DNA of 64,000 nt from Macrostomum lignano (Eukaryota). Below are positions 23,901-36,328 of this stretch, piece by piece. A program made the translations under genes and the position numbers. The DNA lies in the NCBI GenBank assembly GCA_002269645.1, contig NIVC01000462.1:339516-403515 (forward strand). The letters run 5' to 3'. Positions within the stretch are counted from its first letter, which is position 1. Each line of letters begins with the position of its first letter. The notes under the pieces were generated by a model. It saw only the letters and a list, made by a program, of their open reading frames with translations, ran no database searches and was not told the DNA's origin.

Positions 23901-26900
23901 GGCGCAAGCTATGCCTTTTTGCTAGCTGGCTTGGTTAGCTCTGGCTGTATTAGTCTCTGTTGTTTTTTTGAAGAGTGGAGCTCTATATTACTTACTTATG
24001 CTATATATATATATACCGTGTAGTCGGGGCAGCACAGAGGGAATTATCAATATCAGCCGCACAGGCACCCACTCTGTCTCTCTCTCTCTCTCTCTTGATT
24101 GCGAGTGAAGCCGCCGCCACCCTCACCTCTCACTCTATAGAGCCCTAAGTAGTACCCCACCTCGCTCTCTCCCCTCCCCTCTCTCTCCTCTCTCTCATCT
24201 TCAAAGCCACCGCCGGCTGGCGGCGGTTTTGGGGTGGATCATTTCCGCCTGTCTATTTATTTGACCCGCTCTCGTATATATGCCAGCTTAGAGCTGTTGT
24301 GTGTGTGTGTCTGTGCTCTAGCTGTGCGATCTAGCTTACTACTACCTACCTACTTACTTGTTTAGCGTTAGGCCATATATAATACGTACCCCCTCCCTCC
24401 CTCCTGCTGAGCCCCAACTCAACTTCATCTCCATCACTGCCAGCTTCTCTACTCTACTCTCCTAGACAGGCCTCAAATACGCACTGACACTCGCTTACCT
24501 TAACCTCCTTCTTTGCGATTTTGCCGCCGCTGCCGCAGTCTACGCCTTTGTTCTCATAGAAGATTAAGCATTGAGCGTGTATAGAATGGGGGTTGCCTTA
24601 ATAGAGAGGTAATATATAACTTATACTTTATAGGTTTGCTCAATTCCAGCTATGGCTTATTAAGTTTCTGTCTGAGTAGTTCAGCATCCTCTGCCCCATC
24701 AATTATTTATTTAGGCTACCTAATTCTACTAAACCATAAAGTTGGTCACAGAATCGCAGACAGACAGATGCCGACAAAAGCTGAGCATTGTAGTTTCCTG
24801 TTGAATGGTGTTAGCTTTAACATTTGTTATGTACTTTAAGCTATGGGTGCATTGGGACTTTAGAGGTTGGGAATCTATTGGTGGGATGGGAGATTCTTGC
24901 GCTTGCGGTTGGGAATCTATGCGTGGGATGGGAGATTCTTGAGGTTGGGAATCTATGGGGATGAAAGATTTATGAGGTTGGGAATCTATGGGTGGGATGG
25001 GAGATTCTTGAGGTTGGGAATCTATGGGTGGGATGGGAGATTCTTGAGGTTAGGAATCTATGGGTGGGATGGGAGATTCTTGAGGTTGGGAATCTATGGG
25101 TGGGATGGGAGATTTTCGAGGTTAGGAATCTATGGGTGGGATGGGAGTTTCTTGAGGTTAGGAATCTATGGGTGGGATGGGAGATTTTCGAGGTTAGGAA
25201 TCTATGGGTGGGATGGGAGATTCTTGAGGTTGGGAATCTCTGGGTGGGATAGGATATTCTTGAGGTTGGGAATCTCTGGGTGGGATAGGATATTCTTGAG
25301 GTTGGGAATCTATAAAAGGGATGGGAGATTCTAGAAATTAGAAATCTATGGGTGGGATGGTATTCAATAATCCAGCACTCTAAATAATTCCCTTATTCTC
25401 TCAATCCCATCCCAGACCGCCACAGAGCTCTGCTGTCAACAGCAGTCTCCGGTGAGTCTCACGACTACAGGTGACTCGACAGCTTCGCCAGCCATCGGCC
25501 AGCAGCAGCAGCAGCAACAACAGCAGCAGCAGCTTCAAGATGCCAGTCAGCAACAGTCCTTGAAGTCCCAGCAGAAACATCAGCAGCTGTACATGCTAGC
25601 CGCAGCAGCAGCAGCCGCTGCAGCTGCTTCAACTTCTGACATCCCAGAAGAGGACGACAGCGCGTCATTGACAGCAACGGCCGCCGCGGCAACTGCAGGC
25701 GCCGACGAGCCCGACTTCGCCTCCAACATTGATGGCGTGTCCTCGGCTCCAGTCGGCGTTGACGTCTGGCCGGAAGGCCTTCGCAACCTGCTGGAGGACG
25801 CTGAAGCTGTGCTCACCTTTCGCAACTACCTAGAGGAGGCTTGCGACCCTGCGGCAGCTAGGGCTTTCGATTTCTACTTTGCTGTCAAGGGACTGAAGTC
25901 TGGCCAGCTGCAGATGGAGCAGTCAGCTGGGGACGCTGGCACTTCCAGGTGAGCATTCGGGGTGTTTTTGGATGGATAGGGTTGACTGTATCACCGGGAA
26001 ACTCTATAGAATCGATGGGAGATTCTACAGAATCGATAGGAGATTCTACAGAATCGATAGGAGATATTACAAAATCGATGGGAGATTCTACAGAATCGAT
26101 GGGAGATTCTACAGAATCGATGGAGATTCTACAGAATCGATGGAGATTCTACAGAATCGATAGGAGATCCTACAGAATCGATGGGAGATATTACAGAATC
26201 GATGGGAATCTAGTCATAAATAATCTATTTCCACCAAAAACTCCCTGCCAGACGCTGTCCAAAGCTGATTCGCCTCATCGCCAAGCGGTACATCCTGTCC
26301 GAGGACTCCGCAGTCCCTGTCATTAGCAGCGCCACTCGGCAAGCTGTGCAGTCCAGCTTGCGCTCCGGCTCGCCCGCCGACGCCACCATATTCGACTCGG
26401 CGCTGGCCGAAGCTGCCAGCTACCTGGCCGACACCGCCTATCCGGCTTTCCTGCGCTCGGACAGGTGGCTCGGCTGCGCTGATCGCCTGCCGACTTTGCA
26501 CGAGGATCGCGAGCTGCTGCTCAAAGCTCACGGCTTGCTGCAACAGCAGCAGCAGCAGCAAGGAGGTCCTGTGCTGGTGGGACTGACCAGAGACAACCTG
26601 CTGGCTACGAGGCATCACCGGGGTCGAGGTGGAGGCTCTGACCGACTGATGCCCGCTGGGTGAGTATTTTTGTCTCTCCTGTTACGTTTAGGGGTCTTTA
26701 ATATGTCTAACTAGCTTTTTACCCTTCTTGCGACTTCTACAACAGCGAGAATTTCTATCTTTGGCTTCTGAAGCAGTTCCGAGTTTAGCAATGGAATGGA
26801 AGCATCTATTCTGTTGTCCTTTGCTTGGCTCTTTGACCCAAAACCAACCTCGTGGCCACGCATGGTCCAGCCTTCTGGGGCCGCTGCTGGGAGGGCGGAA

Positions 26901-29900
26901 CCCCCCTGCGCACCCAGCTGTGCTTTCTCAACTGCGCATACGGCTGCTGCGGATTCTCTCTCCCACCCCTTCTAGGCCTGCCGAATTTGGCATTCCTCTC
27001 TGCTGCCTCTTCTCTTCCCTTCTACCAGTCACTTTTTTCTCCTATGTCTTCCCCTGTTTCTCTATCCTATCCCTATACCCAAAGCCCTGCTGCAAAGTGC
27101 GCACACTCGGTGACCCCGGCCGGGCCTCGCACCCAAAATCCGCTGGCTGATCTACTGCTGCTTTATCTCCCTCTTCCCCAAGCGCTTAGGCCGCTTGGAC
27201 TCCGTAATTTGAATTGGGATTCGGGATTCCGCGCTGGGTAGGAGGGGGTGTACTGTTAGGAAGACAGCTCGGTAGAGTTTGCGATCCAACTTTTTATGAT
27301 TATTATTATTGTTGTTGTTTGCAACATTCGAACACAGCCATTCCAAATATGCATGACCTCGTCTATAGTTTTTAGTATCACCGAGAGTCTTAGCTTCCAT
27401 AAAAGGGGGAACAAATGCACTGAAAACGAAGCAGAAAAAATTGGAAAGGTTGAACGTGTTTAAGTGTAAACTGTAAGCATAACTGATCACCTTGCTGCTT
27501 TCGGTTTCCAAGTCTAAAATGGCCTGTATCGGCTTTTACATCACTAGACTTGAACATCTGGGCAGGGAAACTGTTCGGGCCGATTCTTGGAGCTCCAAAC
27601 ACTGTGATATCAGGATCCAGGATGTAGGCAGACTGTTCAGGCCGAGCCGTGGAGGCTCCAGAGACGGTGATATCAGGATCCAGGATGTAGGCAGACTGTT
27701 CAGGCCGAGCCGTAGAGCTCCAGAGACGGTGATATCAGGATCCAGGATGTAGGGAAACTGTTCAGGCCGATTCTTGAAGCTCCAGGCACTGATATCAGGA
27801 TCCAGGATGTAGGGAAACTGTTCAGGCCGATTCTTGAAGCTCCAGACACTGATATCAGGATCCAGGATGTAGGGAAACTGTTCAGGCCGATTCTTGAAGC
27901 TCCAGGCACTGATATCAGGATCCAGGATGTAGGGAAACTGTTCAGGCCGATTCTTGAAGCTCCAGACACTGTGATATCAGGATCCAGGATGTAGGGAAAC
28001 TGTTCAGGCCGATTCTTGAAGCTCCAGACACTGATATCAGGATCCAGGATGTAGGGAAACTGTTCAGGCCGATTCTTGAAGCTCCAGAGACTGTGATATC
28101 AGGGCCCAGGATGTAGGGAAACTGTTCAGGTCGAGCCTAGAAGCTCCAGGCACTGTGATATCAGGATCCAGGATGTAGGGAAACTGTTCAGGCCGATTCT
28201 TGAAGCTCCAGACACTGTGATATCAGGATCCAGGATGTAGGGAAACTGTTCAGGCCGATTCTTGAAGCTCCAGACACTGATATCAGGATCCAGGATGTAG
28301 GGAAACTGTTCAGGCCGATTCTTGAAGCTCCAGAGACTGTGATATCAGGGCCCAGGATGTAGGGAAACTGTTCAGGTCGAGCCTAGAAGCTCCAGGCACT
28401 GTGATATCAGGATCCAGGATGTAGGGAAACTGTTCAGGCCGATTCTTGAAGCTCCAGACACTGATATCAGGATCCAGGATGTAGGGAAACTGTTCAGGCC
28501 GATTCTTGAAGCTCCAGGCACTGTGATATCAGGATCCAGGATGTAGGGAAACTGTTCAGGCCGATTCTTGGAGCTCCAGAGACAGTAATATCAGGATCCA
28601 GGATCCAGGATGTAGGGAAACTTTTCAGGCCGAGGCCGAGCCGTGGAGCTCCAGACACTGTGATATCAGGATCCAGGATGTAGGGATATCAGGCTACATA
28701 ATCTAACCGGCAGGCAGGTAAAATAAATTTAGACCTGGTTAAGCTACCAGTTCCCAATCGAAACCGGGGTTGCAGGCCAACAATACCAGCGTAAAAGCAG
28801 CGGAACAGGAAAGAAGCATGAGAGAAAGTTACGTAGATGATGCGCGGGTTGGGGATGCTGAATTCCTTTGATGCCAGGCCGGTGCCTCCGGCTGCAGGCT
28901 GCTGCATGACCCGCTGCATCCGTTTCGCTACAAACTGTGGATTGGGCTGTTACAAGTGAAACACAGAATTTATATTTTCTCTCCCTGCTGCGCTGCCGTG
29001 TGCTGCCTGCCTTCGCTGCCTCTCCATCCGGGATATAGACACAATATCAAAATCATTTTTTCATTTCCTTTTTTTCATTTCGCTTTGCGCATACGACTAT
29101 GGACTCGGGCCCTCTCTCTCCTCTCCCTTCCGGGATCTGTTTGCTTTTGCCTTTGCTTGTTGAGCAGCCACCCCCCCGCCGGGATCTCCAGGTGAGTGAC
29201 TTGCCCCGCCCACTCTGGCCTCGATATTCCGCCTCGCTCTCTCTCTAGTCTGGAGTGTTAGTCGCTCTCAAAAATCTCCACTTGAGCTGTGTTGAGCATG
29301 CAAAGCGGGGAGAAAGCAACCCTAGGGCGAGTCTCAAGTTTCTCTCTTGCCCTCTTGTCCCACCCGTGTCTTCCAAACCTTTCTCAGTCTGGGCTTGAAC
29401 TAACTGAGCTCTCAACTCTTCTTCAGGGCGACCCGTTCTCCCTCCGCACCTTTCTCCAACCCCCCCCCCACCCAGCCAGCTGTTTGCTCTCGGGCCTTCG
29501 CCTCTACAAATAAATGAATAGAAGATTGATAGATATTGGTTGCGATTATACACATCCCCCATCCCTAGCTGCCTTTGTTGACTCTCTAATGGGGGCGACG
29601 GAGAATATTGGGCGTCGTCAGATCCCCAGCGTTCGGAATTTCTCTCCTATTCACCTTGTTTGCTGACAGCTCCGGAGAAATTCGCTAAATATCCTGTTGC
29701 TCCACCTCCCATCTGCCTGTCCTGTGTTCGATGTGTTATCATGCATATGCCTGTCCCAGCAGCTGCTTCCTGTTCAACAGCAATTCCCGACATCTGCCGC
29801 CCGGTTGATTACGTAATCTGAGATAGATTTGGCCCTGAATTTTCTATAGTTTTTGCGTGCATGTCGGTCTGCTTTTTGTGTCTCGTATTTCTGTCTGCTG

Positions 29901-32900
29901 ACGGCTGTGGCAAACTTATGAATTTGTGACGCCAGATGTGGATCATCATCTGATGCTCATGATGATGGGATCTAGGATCTGGGATCTGGGATCTGAGATC
30001 TAGGATCTGGGATCTAGGATCTGGGATCTAGGATCTGGGATCTAGGATCTGGGATCTAGGATCTGGGATCTAGGATCTGGGATCTAGGATCTGGGATCTA
30101 GGATCTGGGATCTAGGATCTGGGATCTAGGATCTGGGATCTAGGATCTGGGATCTAGGATCTGGGATCTAGGATCTGGGATCTAGGATCTGGGATCTAGG
30201 ATCTGGGATCTAGGATCTGGGATCTAGGATCTGGGATCTAGGATCTGGGATCTAGGATCTGGGATCTAGGATCTGGGATCTAGGATCTGGGATCTAGGAT
30301 CTGGGATCTGGGATCTAGGATCTGGGATCTAGGATCTGGGATCTAGGATCTGGGATCTAGGATCTGGGATCTAGGATCTGGGATCTAGGATCTGGGATCT
30401 AGGATCTGGGATCTAGGATCTGGGATCTAGGATCTGGGATCTAGGATCTGGGATCTAGGATCCGGGATCTAGGATCTGGGATCTAGGATCTGGGATCTAG
30501 GATCTGGGATCTAGGATCTGGGATCTAGGATCTGGGATCTAGGATCTGGGATCTAGGATCTGGGATCTAGGATCTGGGATCTAGGATCTGGGATCTAGGA
30601 TCTGGGATCTAGGATCTGGGATCTAGGATCTGGGATCTAGGATCTGGGATCTAGGATCTGGGATCTAGGATCTGGGATCTAGGATCTGGGATCTAGGATC
30701 TGGGATCTAGGATCTGGGATCTAGGATCTGGGATCTAGGATCTGGGATCTAGGATCTGGGATCTAGGATCTGGGATCTAGGATCTGGGATCTAGGATCTA
30801 GGATCTGGGATCTAGGATCTGGGATCTGGGATCTAGGATCTGGGATCTGGGATCTAGGATCTGGGATCTAGGATCTGGGATCTGGGATCTAGGATCTGGG
30901 ATCTAGGATCTGGGATCTAGGATCTAGGATCTGGGATCTAGGATCTGGGATCTAGGATCTGGGATCTGGGATCTAGGATCTGGGATCTAGGATCTGGGAT
31001 CTAGGATCTAGGATCTGGGATCTAGGATCTGGGATCTAGGATCTGGGATCTAGGATCTGGGATCTAGGATCCGGGATCTAGGATCTGGGATCTAGGATCT
31101 GGGATCTAGGATCTGGGATCTAGGATCTGGGATCTAGGATCTGGGATCTAGGATCTAGGATCTGGGATCTGGGATCTACTATCCGTAAGTCTGAAGACTA
31201 CCGATATTCAAAGCTTAGTACTTTAATAGTTCAGTTAAAAACTTTTTTTCTGATTAAAGTTTCAAAAGATCTTGTGTGCTAGTAAAAAACCGGAAGCATT
31301 CAAAGTCGTGCTGTGCTTGCTTTGAGGAGAGCTTCCAAGACTTGGACTTGTCGCTATCAGTTTGTTGGTTATAAATCTCTGCACTACCGCTTCTAATCCA
31401 GCCACTTCCCCCTCCCTCTCCCCTCTCTTCTTTATCCTTTCTCCTCTCCATCACTGGGTCATAAAATCCCTCTCAGTGTGTTGGCAGTGCAGTCCAGCAC
31501 TGTGCGTGTGTGTGTGTGTGTGTGTCGTTTCAGTTCGAGATTGCATAGCTGCATAGGGTATGAAAGGCTGGGGTTCCCTATAGGCCTGTTGGCCAGTAAA
31601 ATCTTCCTTAGGATGCATACTGCCTCCATGCGTAGCAGCCCTTCCAGTGCTGCTACTACTGCTGCTGTGTATGCATAGCGTACAGTAGGCTCTTAATCTC
31701 CTGTTTGCGGCAGATATTATATGTTAGATTTTGTAACATGTCTTTACTATTGCTCTTAAACATAGACTGCTCACTTCCTGATCCATAGACTGCTCACTCC
31801 CTGATCCATAGACTGCTCACTCCCTGATCCATAGACTGCTCACTCCCTGATCTATAGACTGCTCACTCCCTGATCTATAGACTGCTCACTCCCTGATCCA
31901 TAGACTGCTCACTCTCTGATCCATAGACTGCTCACTCCCTGATCCATAGACTGCTCACTCCCTGACCCATACACTGCTCACTCCCTGAGCCATAGACTGC
32001 TCACTCCCTGACCCATAGACTGCTCACTCCCTGATCCATAGACTGCTCACTCCCTGATCTATAGACTGCTCACTCCCTGACCCATAGACTACTCACTCCT
32101 TGACCCATAGACTGCTCATGACCCATAGTCTGCTCACTCCTTGACCCATAGACTGCTCACTCCCTGACCCATAGTCTGCTCACTCCCTGACCCATAGTCT
32201 GCTCACTCCCTGACCCATAGTCTGCTCACTTCCTGACCCATAGTCTGCTCACTTCCTGACCCATAGACTGCTCACTCCCTGACCCATAGTCTGCTCACTC
32301 CTTGACCCATAGACTGCTCACTCCCTGACCCATAGTCTGCTCACTCCTTGACCCATAGACTGCTCACTCCCTGACCCATAGTCTGCTCACTCCTTGACCC
32401 ATAGACTGCTCACTTCCTGACCCATAGACTGCTCACTCCTTGACCCATAGACTGCTCACTCCCTGACCCATACACTGCTCACTCCCTGACTCATAGACTG
32501 CACACTCCCTGACCTATCTTCTCGATTGACCCATTTCACTGCTACCAAAGCATTCATACAGAACAGACTTATTGTAACTTTTTAGTCTCAAAAGCAGTTC
32601 TCCATCCCGAGACAGAACTCTGCTTTCCAGCCAAGAGTTGTAAATAAAAAAGTGGGGAAAAATTAAGCCAGAGCTTCCTCTTCCCATTTTTTGCAAAATC
32701 CCTCAAAACTCGAGTCACGCACGGGAACTTCGAAGGAGTTTCGAAGAACGGATTCTATAATTATGGCAATAAATTTAAAAGATTATTAATTCTCATTCTC
32801 CAAGCAGCCCAAAGCGCAAGCATTAATAATAATTTGAGCACCCGCTGTGCTCGAGTGGGACAAAAATGGGTGGAGCAGGAAGAGCTCAAGATTACGTAAT

Positions 32901-35613
32901 CAATTGAAGCCAGCTCTCCAGCTGTGAGCCCGGCCTACCTCTAGCCAAAAAACACTGAGACTGGTTTTTGTAAGATTTAGAAATTCCTTCGTATTCAGTC
33001 TGTTTATTGCTATTATTATTTTTATTTCTCAATAATGAAATCGTGCCGTAAATCCGTGACTGTAGGATTTTTATGGCGAACTCGAATTAATATTGCGCTC
33101 GCAAGACGACTCGGTTCTCAATCTTTTTACGATACGAAACCCCCCCCCCGAATTCCCATTTATCTCGGTATCACATCCGTATCGGGTCTGGGCATTGGGG
33201 ATCAAATCCTGCACCAGGGCTGGTCACATTTCACAGTTTGCCCCTGTCAGGCTGGGAAGCTGGGAGCTCCCCAGGGGGAGAGGGAGGGTGGTTTACGATG
33301 AAATTGTGTAGGGTGGGAAGGGAGATTTTAGTGCAGGGAGGGCCGCACATACTGGGAACTTACGGCTTAATTCCCCCCCACCACCCTTCTCTAAAATTCT
33401 TTTTACAACCGAATGAACCTCGGCAGCAGCTCAAAGTTTGAGCAGGGCGATAATAAATTTGTGAACTGCCCTGAGCTTACGAGCGCGTTCACCTTAAAAA
33501 CCATAGGCAAAATAAAATTTGGGCAATAAGCTGCTCAGGGCTTGCTTTTATTTCATTAATGACGCCTATTACAGTTGTTTAGCTGCTAGCACCACCCGAG
33601 CTCAGCCTGTTGGTGAAACTATTATTATTGTTATTATTATTATATCCACCCCCAGCTCTGAAGGGGATTAATGCCCGCGCGTGTTGTGCTGCACAGTTTT
33701 ATAATGCATCATTTTATAGGCTTGTTAATAGCTCAGGGGGGGGGCAGGGCAGGGCTCCAGAGAGCGCGGTGAGCTCTCTCGCGACTACTGCGGCTTGCAA
33801 TATTGGGCTGGGGGCACTCCTTTTATGAGCCGCATCCACCTCTCCCTACCCCCTCTCTCCCCGGTGCGCTTGTAAGCCAATTTTACAATGCTCATTTGGT
33901 CTTTTACTGCTCCTGACTGCAGCTCTGCTACTGCTGCTGCTGCTGCTGCTGCCACCACCAAGGGAAGACGGGGAGAGGTGGGGGCTATACTGCTGCTGAC
34001 CAGTTCAATTCTCCCCTTGCTATAACCCTCCTCCTCCTCCTCTTCCACTGGCTGAGCCGCCGGCTTTTGTGTATATATACACACACCAGATAGATAAGCA
34101 TGGCTATGTAAGGCCAGCAGAGAACTTGTGGGGCTTACATGTTCTGTAACTCTCTCTAGTGACAGTCTGACAGGCTGACAGGACAAGCCACTAAATTCAT
34201 CATTTAGCTCTCCACCTTGTCCAACCTCGCAGGCCATCCTGCTGCACCAGCATGAGCCAGGCCCTGCCTTACTACACCTCCTATGCGCCTGGAAGCCGTC
34301 GCGACTCCGAGCTTCAGTCGTTGCAGTCCTCCGACGCCCTGACTGACGTCGACAATCTGTCCCTGACTGACACGGCCAGCAGTCTGGACGCGGCCAGCTA
34401 CCGGCAACATCATCATCATCACCAGGCTCCGGGCAGTCGCAAAGGCCTCCGCCGGGCGATGCGGTGCGCCGCCTCCGCCAACCGGGACGACCTCGCCAGC
34501 AATGGCGGCGGCAGCGGCGCCAGTAGCAGTTGCCGGCAGCAGCTCCTGCTCAGGCACCAGCTGCAGCAGCACGCCGCCAGCTGCCAGTACGACCGCGACC
34601 TGCCAGTCACCAATCCGGACAAGTTCGCCCGCCTACTGGCCGACCGTCTGCAGTGCCACCAGCGCGAGCAGACCCTGACATCCCGGCCGCCGAGCAGTCT
34701 GTCCTGCGGCAGCGGCGCCGAGCTGCTCAATTCGCCCTGGGCTCAGCGAATCCTTCGAGCCAGCATGAGCAGCCGCGACAGCAACCCGGAGGACATCCTC
34801 ACCGACCACCTGGACCACCTGGATCGGGGCCACTCGTCTCATCCGCAGCCGCTGGCGCCCCCTCCGCCTCAGCAGCTTCCTTCCAGCCAGCCTCCTCCGC
34901 TTCAGCAACAGCTGCATCAAAAGCTTGAAGCATCGGAGCTGGACCAGGAGACTCACGTGCACCATTATCACTATTATCACCACTTCCGCGCCAGCGGCAG
35001 CGGCGCAACCAACAGCTTGATCTGCGGCGGCGCCGGAGCGGCCTCCACAGCGGGTGACAGCGGCTTCGGCACCATCTCCTCCTCTAGTCGATACGGCGGC
35101 ATTCTTCGCTCCTCGTCAGCCACAGCGGCCGCGGCTTCGGTGGCTTCCACTTCAACTGGCGGCTCTGTGCACCGTCAGCAGTTAACGCAGCACGTGTCCA
35201 ATCAGCTTGCCGCTGCCGCCCGTTGTGACCAGCCCCGCCAGCCCTTCATGATCGACAGCAACATGCCCGTGATGGACAAGCCCAACCCCGACACCACCAT
35301 TGTGGAGGCCCGACGTCGTTTAGAAGAGGTCAGCCTGCAGCAGCAGCCACCGCCGCAGCAGCAGCCGCTGACCATCGGCTACTTCCTGTGCGGAGACTCT
35401 GTGCCGTACAGGCACGCGTGGCCGGGCCAGAGCATCACCCTCGGCCAATTCAAGCAGCTCATGGCCAAGAAGGGCAGCTATCGGTATTTCTTCAAGCGGC
35501 GATGCGACGAGTTTGTGGTCGGCGGCGCCGTGCACGAGGAGGTGACGGACGACTCTGAGGTGCTGCCGCTGTGGGAGGGCAAAGTCATCGGCAGGGTGGA
35601 GCGAGTTGAGTAG
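20927..35613 (+). CDS. Axin: Axin; exons 20927-20929 (ATG only), 25416-25948, 26252-26659, 34233-35613; 774 aa (782 with the candidate microexon)
   Basis: RGS domain split across exons 2/3 (WPEGLRNLLED...FYFAVKGLK...KLIRLIAKRYI...AYPAFLRSD). Also LPTLHE, PYYTSYAPGSRRDSELQSL, GSK3-binding NPDKFARLLADRL, beta-catenin-binding NPEDILTDHL, a His tract and a C-terminal DIX (YFLCGDSVPY...YRYFFK...LPLWEGKVIGRVERVE*). All junctions are GT-AG with matching phases (0, 2, 2); total 2325 nt. The first exon is less certain than the rest. Confidence 0.95.
24200..24224. promoter_or_regulatory. Candidate TCF + Helper pair in Axin intron 1
   Basis: TTCAAAG at 24200-24206 followed by TGGCGGC at 24218-24224; another GCCGCCA lies near 24113. 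Confidence 0.4.
24866..25360. repeat. 36-bp G-rich minisatellite (GGGTGGGATGGGAGATTCTTGAGGTTGGGAATCTAT) in Axin intron 1
   Basis: Read directly; 12-aa periodic ORFs. Confidence 0.95.
26003..26207. repeat. 21-bp minisatellite (GATGGGAGATTCTACAGAATC) in Axin intron 2
   Basis: Read directly. Confidence 0.95.
27562..28690. repeat. 60-62-bp minisatellite (GATATCAGGATCCAGGATGTAGGGAAACTGTTCAGGCCGATTCTTGAAGCTCCAGACACT) in Axin intron 3
   Basis: Read directly; 20-aa periodic ORF; variant units recur as higher-order blocks. Confidence 0.95.
29168..29191 (+). CDS. Axin: Candidate 24-nt (or 27-nt) Axin microexon encoding (G)HPPAGISR
   Basis: Long pyrimidine tract, then tandem GAG|CAG| acceptors and a consensus CCAG|GTGAGT donor. 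Phase 2-2, identical to the host intron, with no stop codon. Confidence 0.55.
29967..31178. repeat. 14-bp dimeric satellite of alternating GGATCTA/GGATCTG heptamers
   Basis: Read directly. Confidence 0.97.
31761..32513. repeat. 23-bp minisatellite (CCATAGACTGCTCACTCCCTGAT/C)
   Basis: Read directly; variants change gradually from GATCC to GACCC along the array. Confidence 0.95.
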
Positions 35614-36328
35614 CTCCCCAGTCTGACTGTGACCTCTTGGCAACTTTCCTACAAAATCGATTCTTGTGATCTCTTGTGATCTCTGTCAATCACCTGGCCG
35701 CAGCCCCCCCCCCGCACCTGTGCAATATTCGCCAACCCACCCGCTATTTTCGACGATAAATCTGGCTGGGCCGTTCGACCTCATTTCGAAATACGAACCC
35801 GGGCAAAGCTGGATTTCGCACTTCTACTTTTTACTCTGCCTCTGTTCTACATCTTAGTTTTAAACTTCCTATTGTAGCTCGGCCTGTATATGTAAATGCC
35901 TTTGAAATCTGCTGCTCCAAGCCGCTCTTCTTCCTGAGCAGAAGAAGAGAGGGCGCAAATTTAAAAGCGTTGCAAAGTTCTGAAATATCATTTTGAATAA
36001 TACATTTTTCGACTCACTCTTGTGACCAATATATGATCGGAACTCTGCCGCCGATGCTATGCCCTCATTGAATGCCGCCGCTTGTATTTTTCCTTTTTAT
36101 TTTTTAATTGTTTATTTTTCTCATTGGTGGCATATCTCTCTTGAAAATATTATCCAATGCCCCCTTGCACTGACACCCTTTATCAGCCCGCCTTTGCTCT
36201 TCCCAGCACAATGTTCGAATGTCTACAGAATTGCTCGATCGCTGTTTTATGAAATATATCCTAGCAATCAATATTCAATCTCTGTCGTGTTCACGCTTCC
36301 TGTGATGCCATTCCGCTGCGGAGAGTGC

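Noticed and set aside
24586-24608. Alternative Axin first coding exon ATGGGGGTTGCCTTAATAGAGAG|GT
   Set aside because: Phase 2, incompatible with the phase-0 acceptor at 25416.
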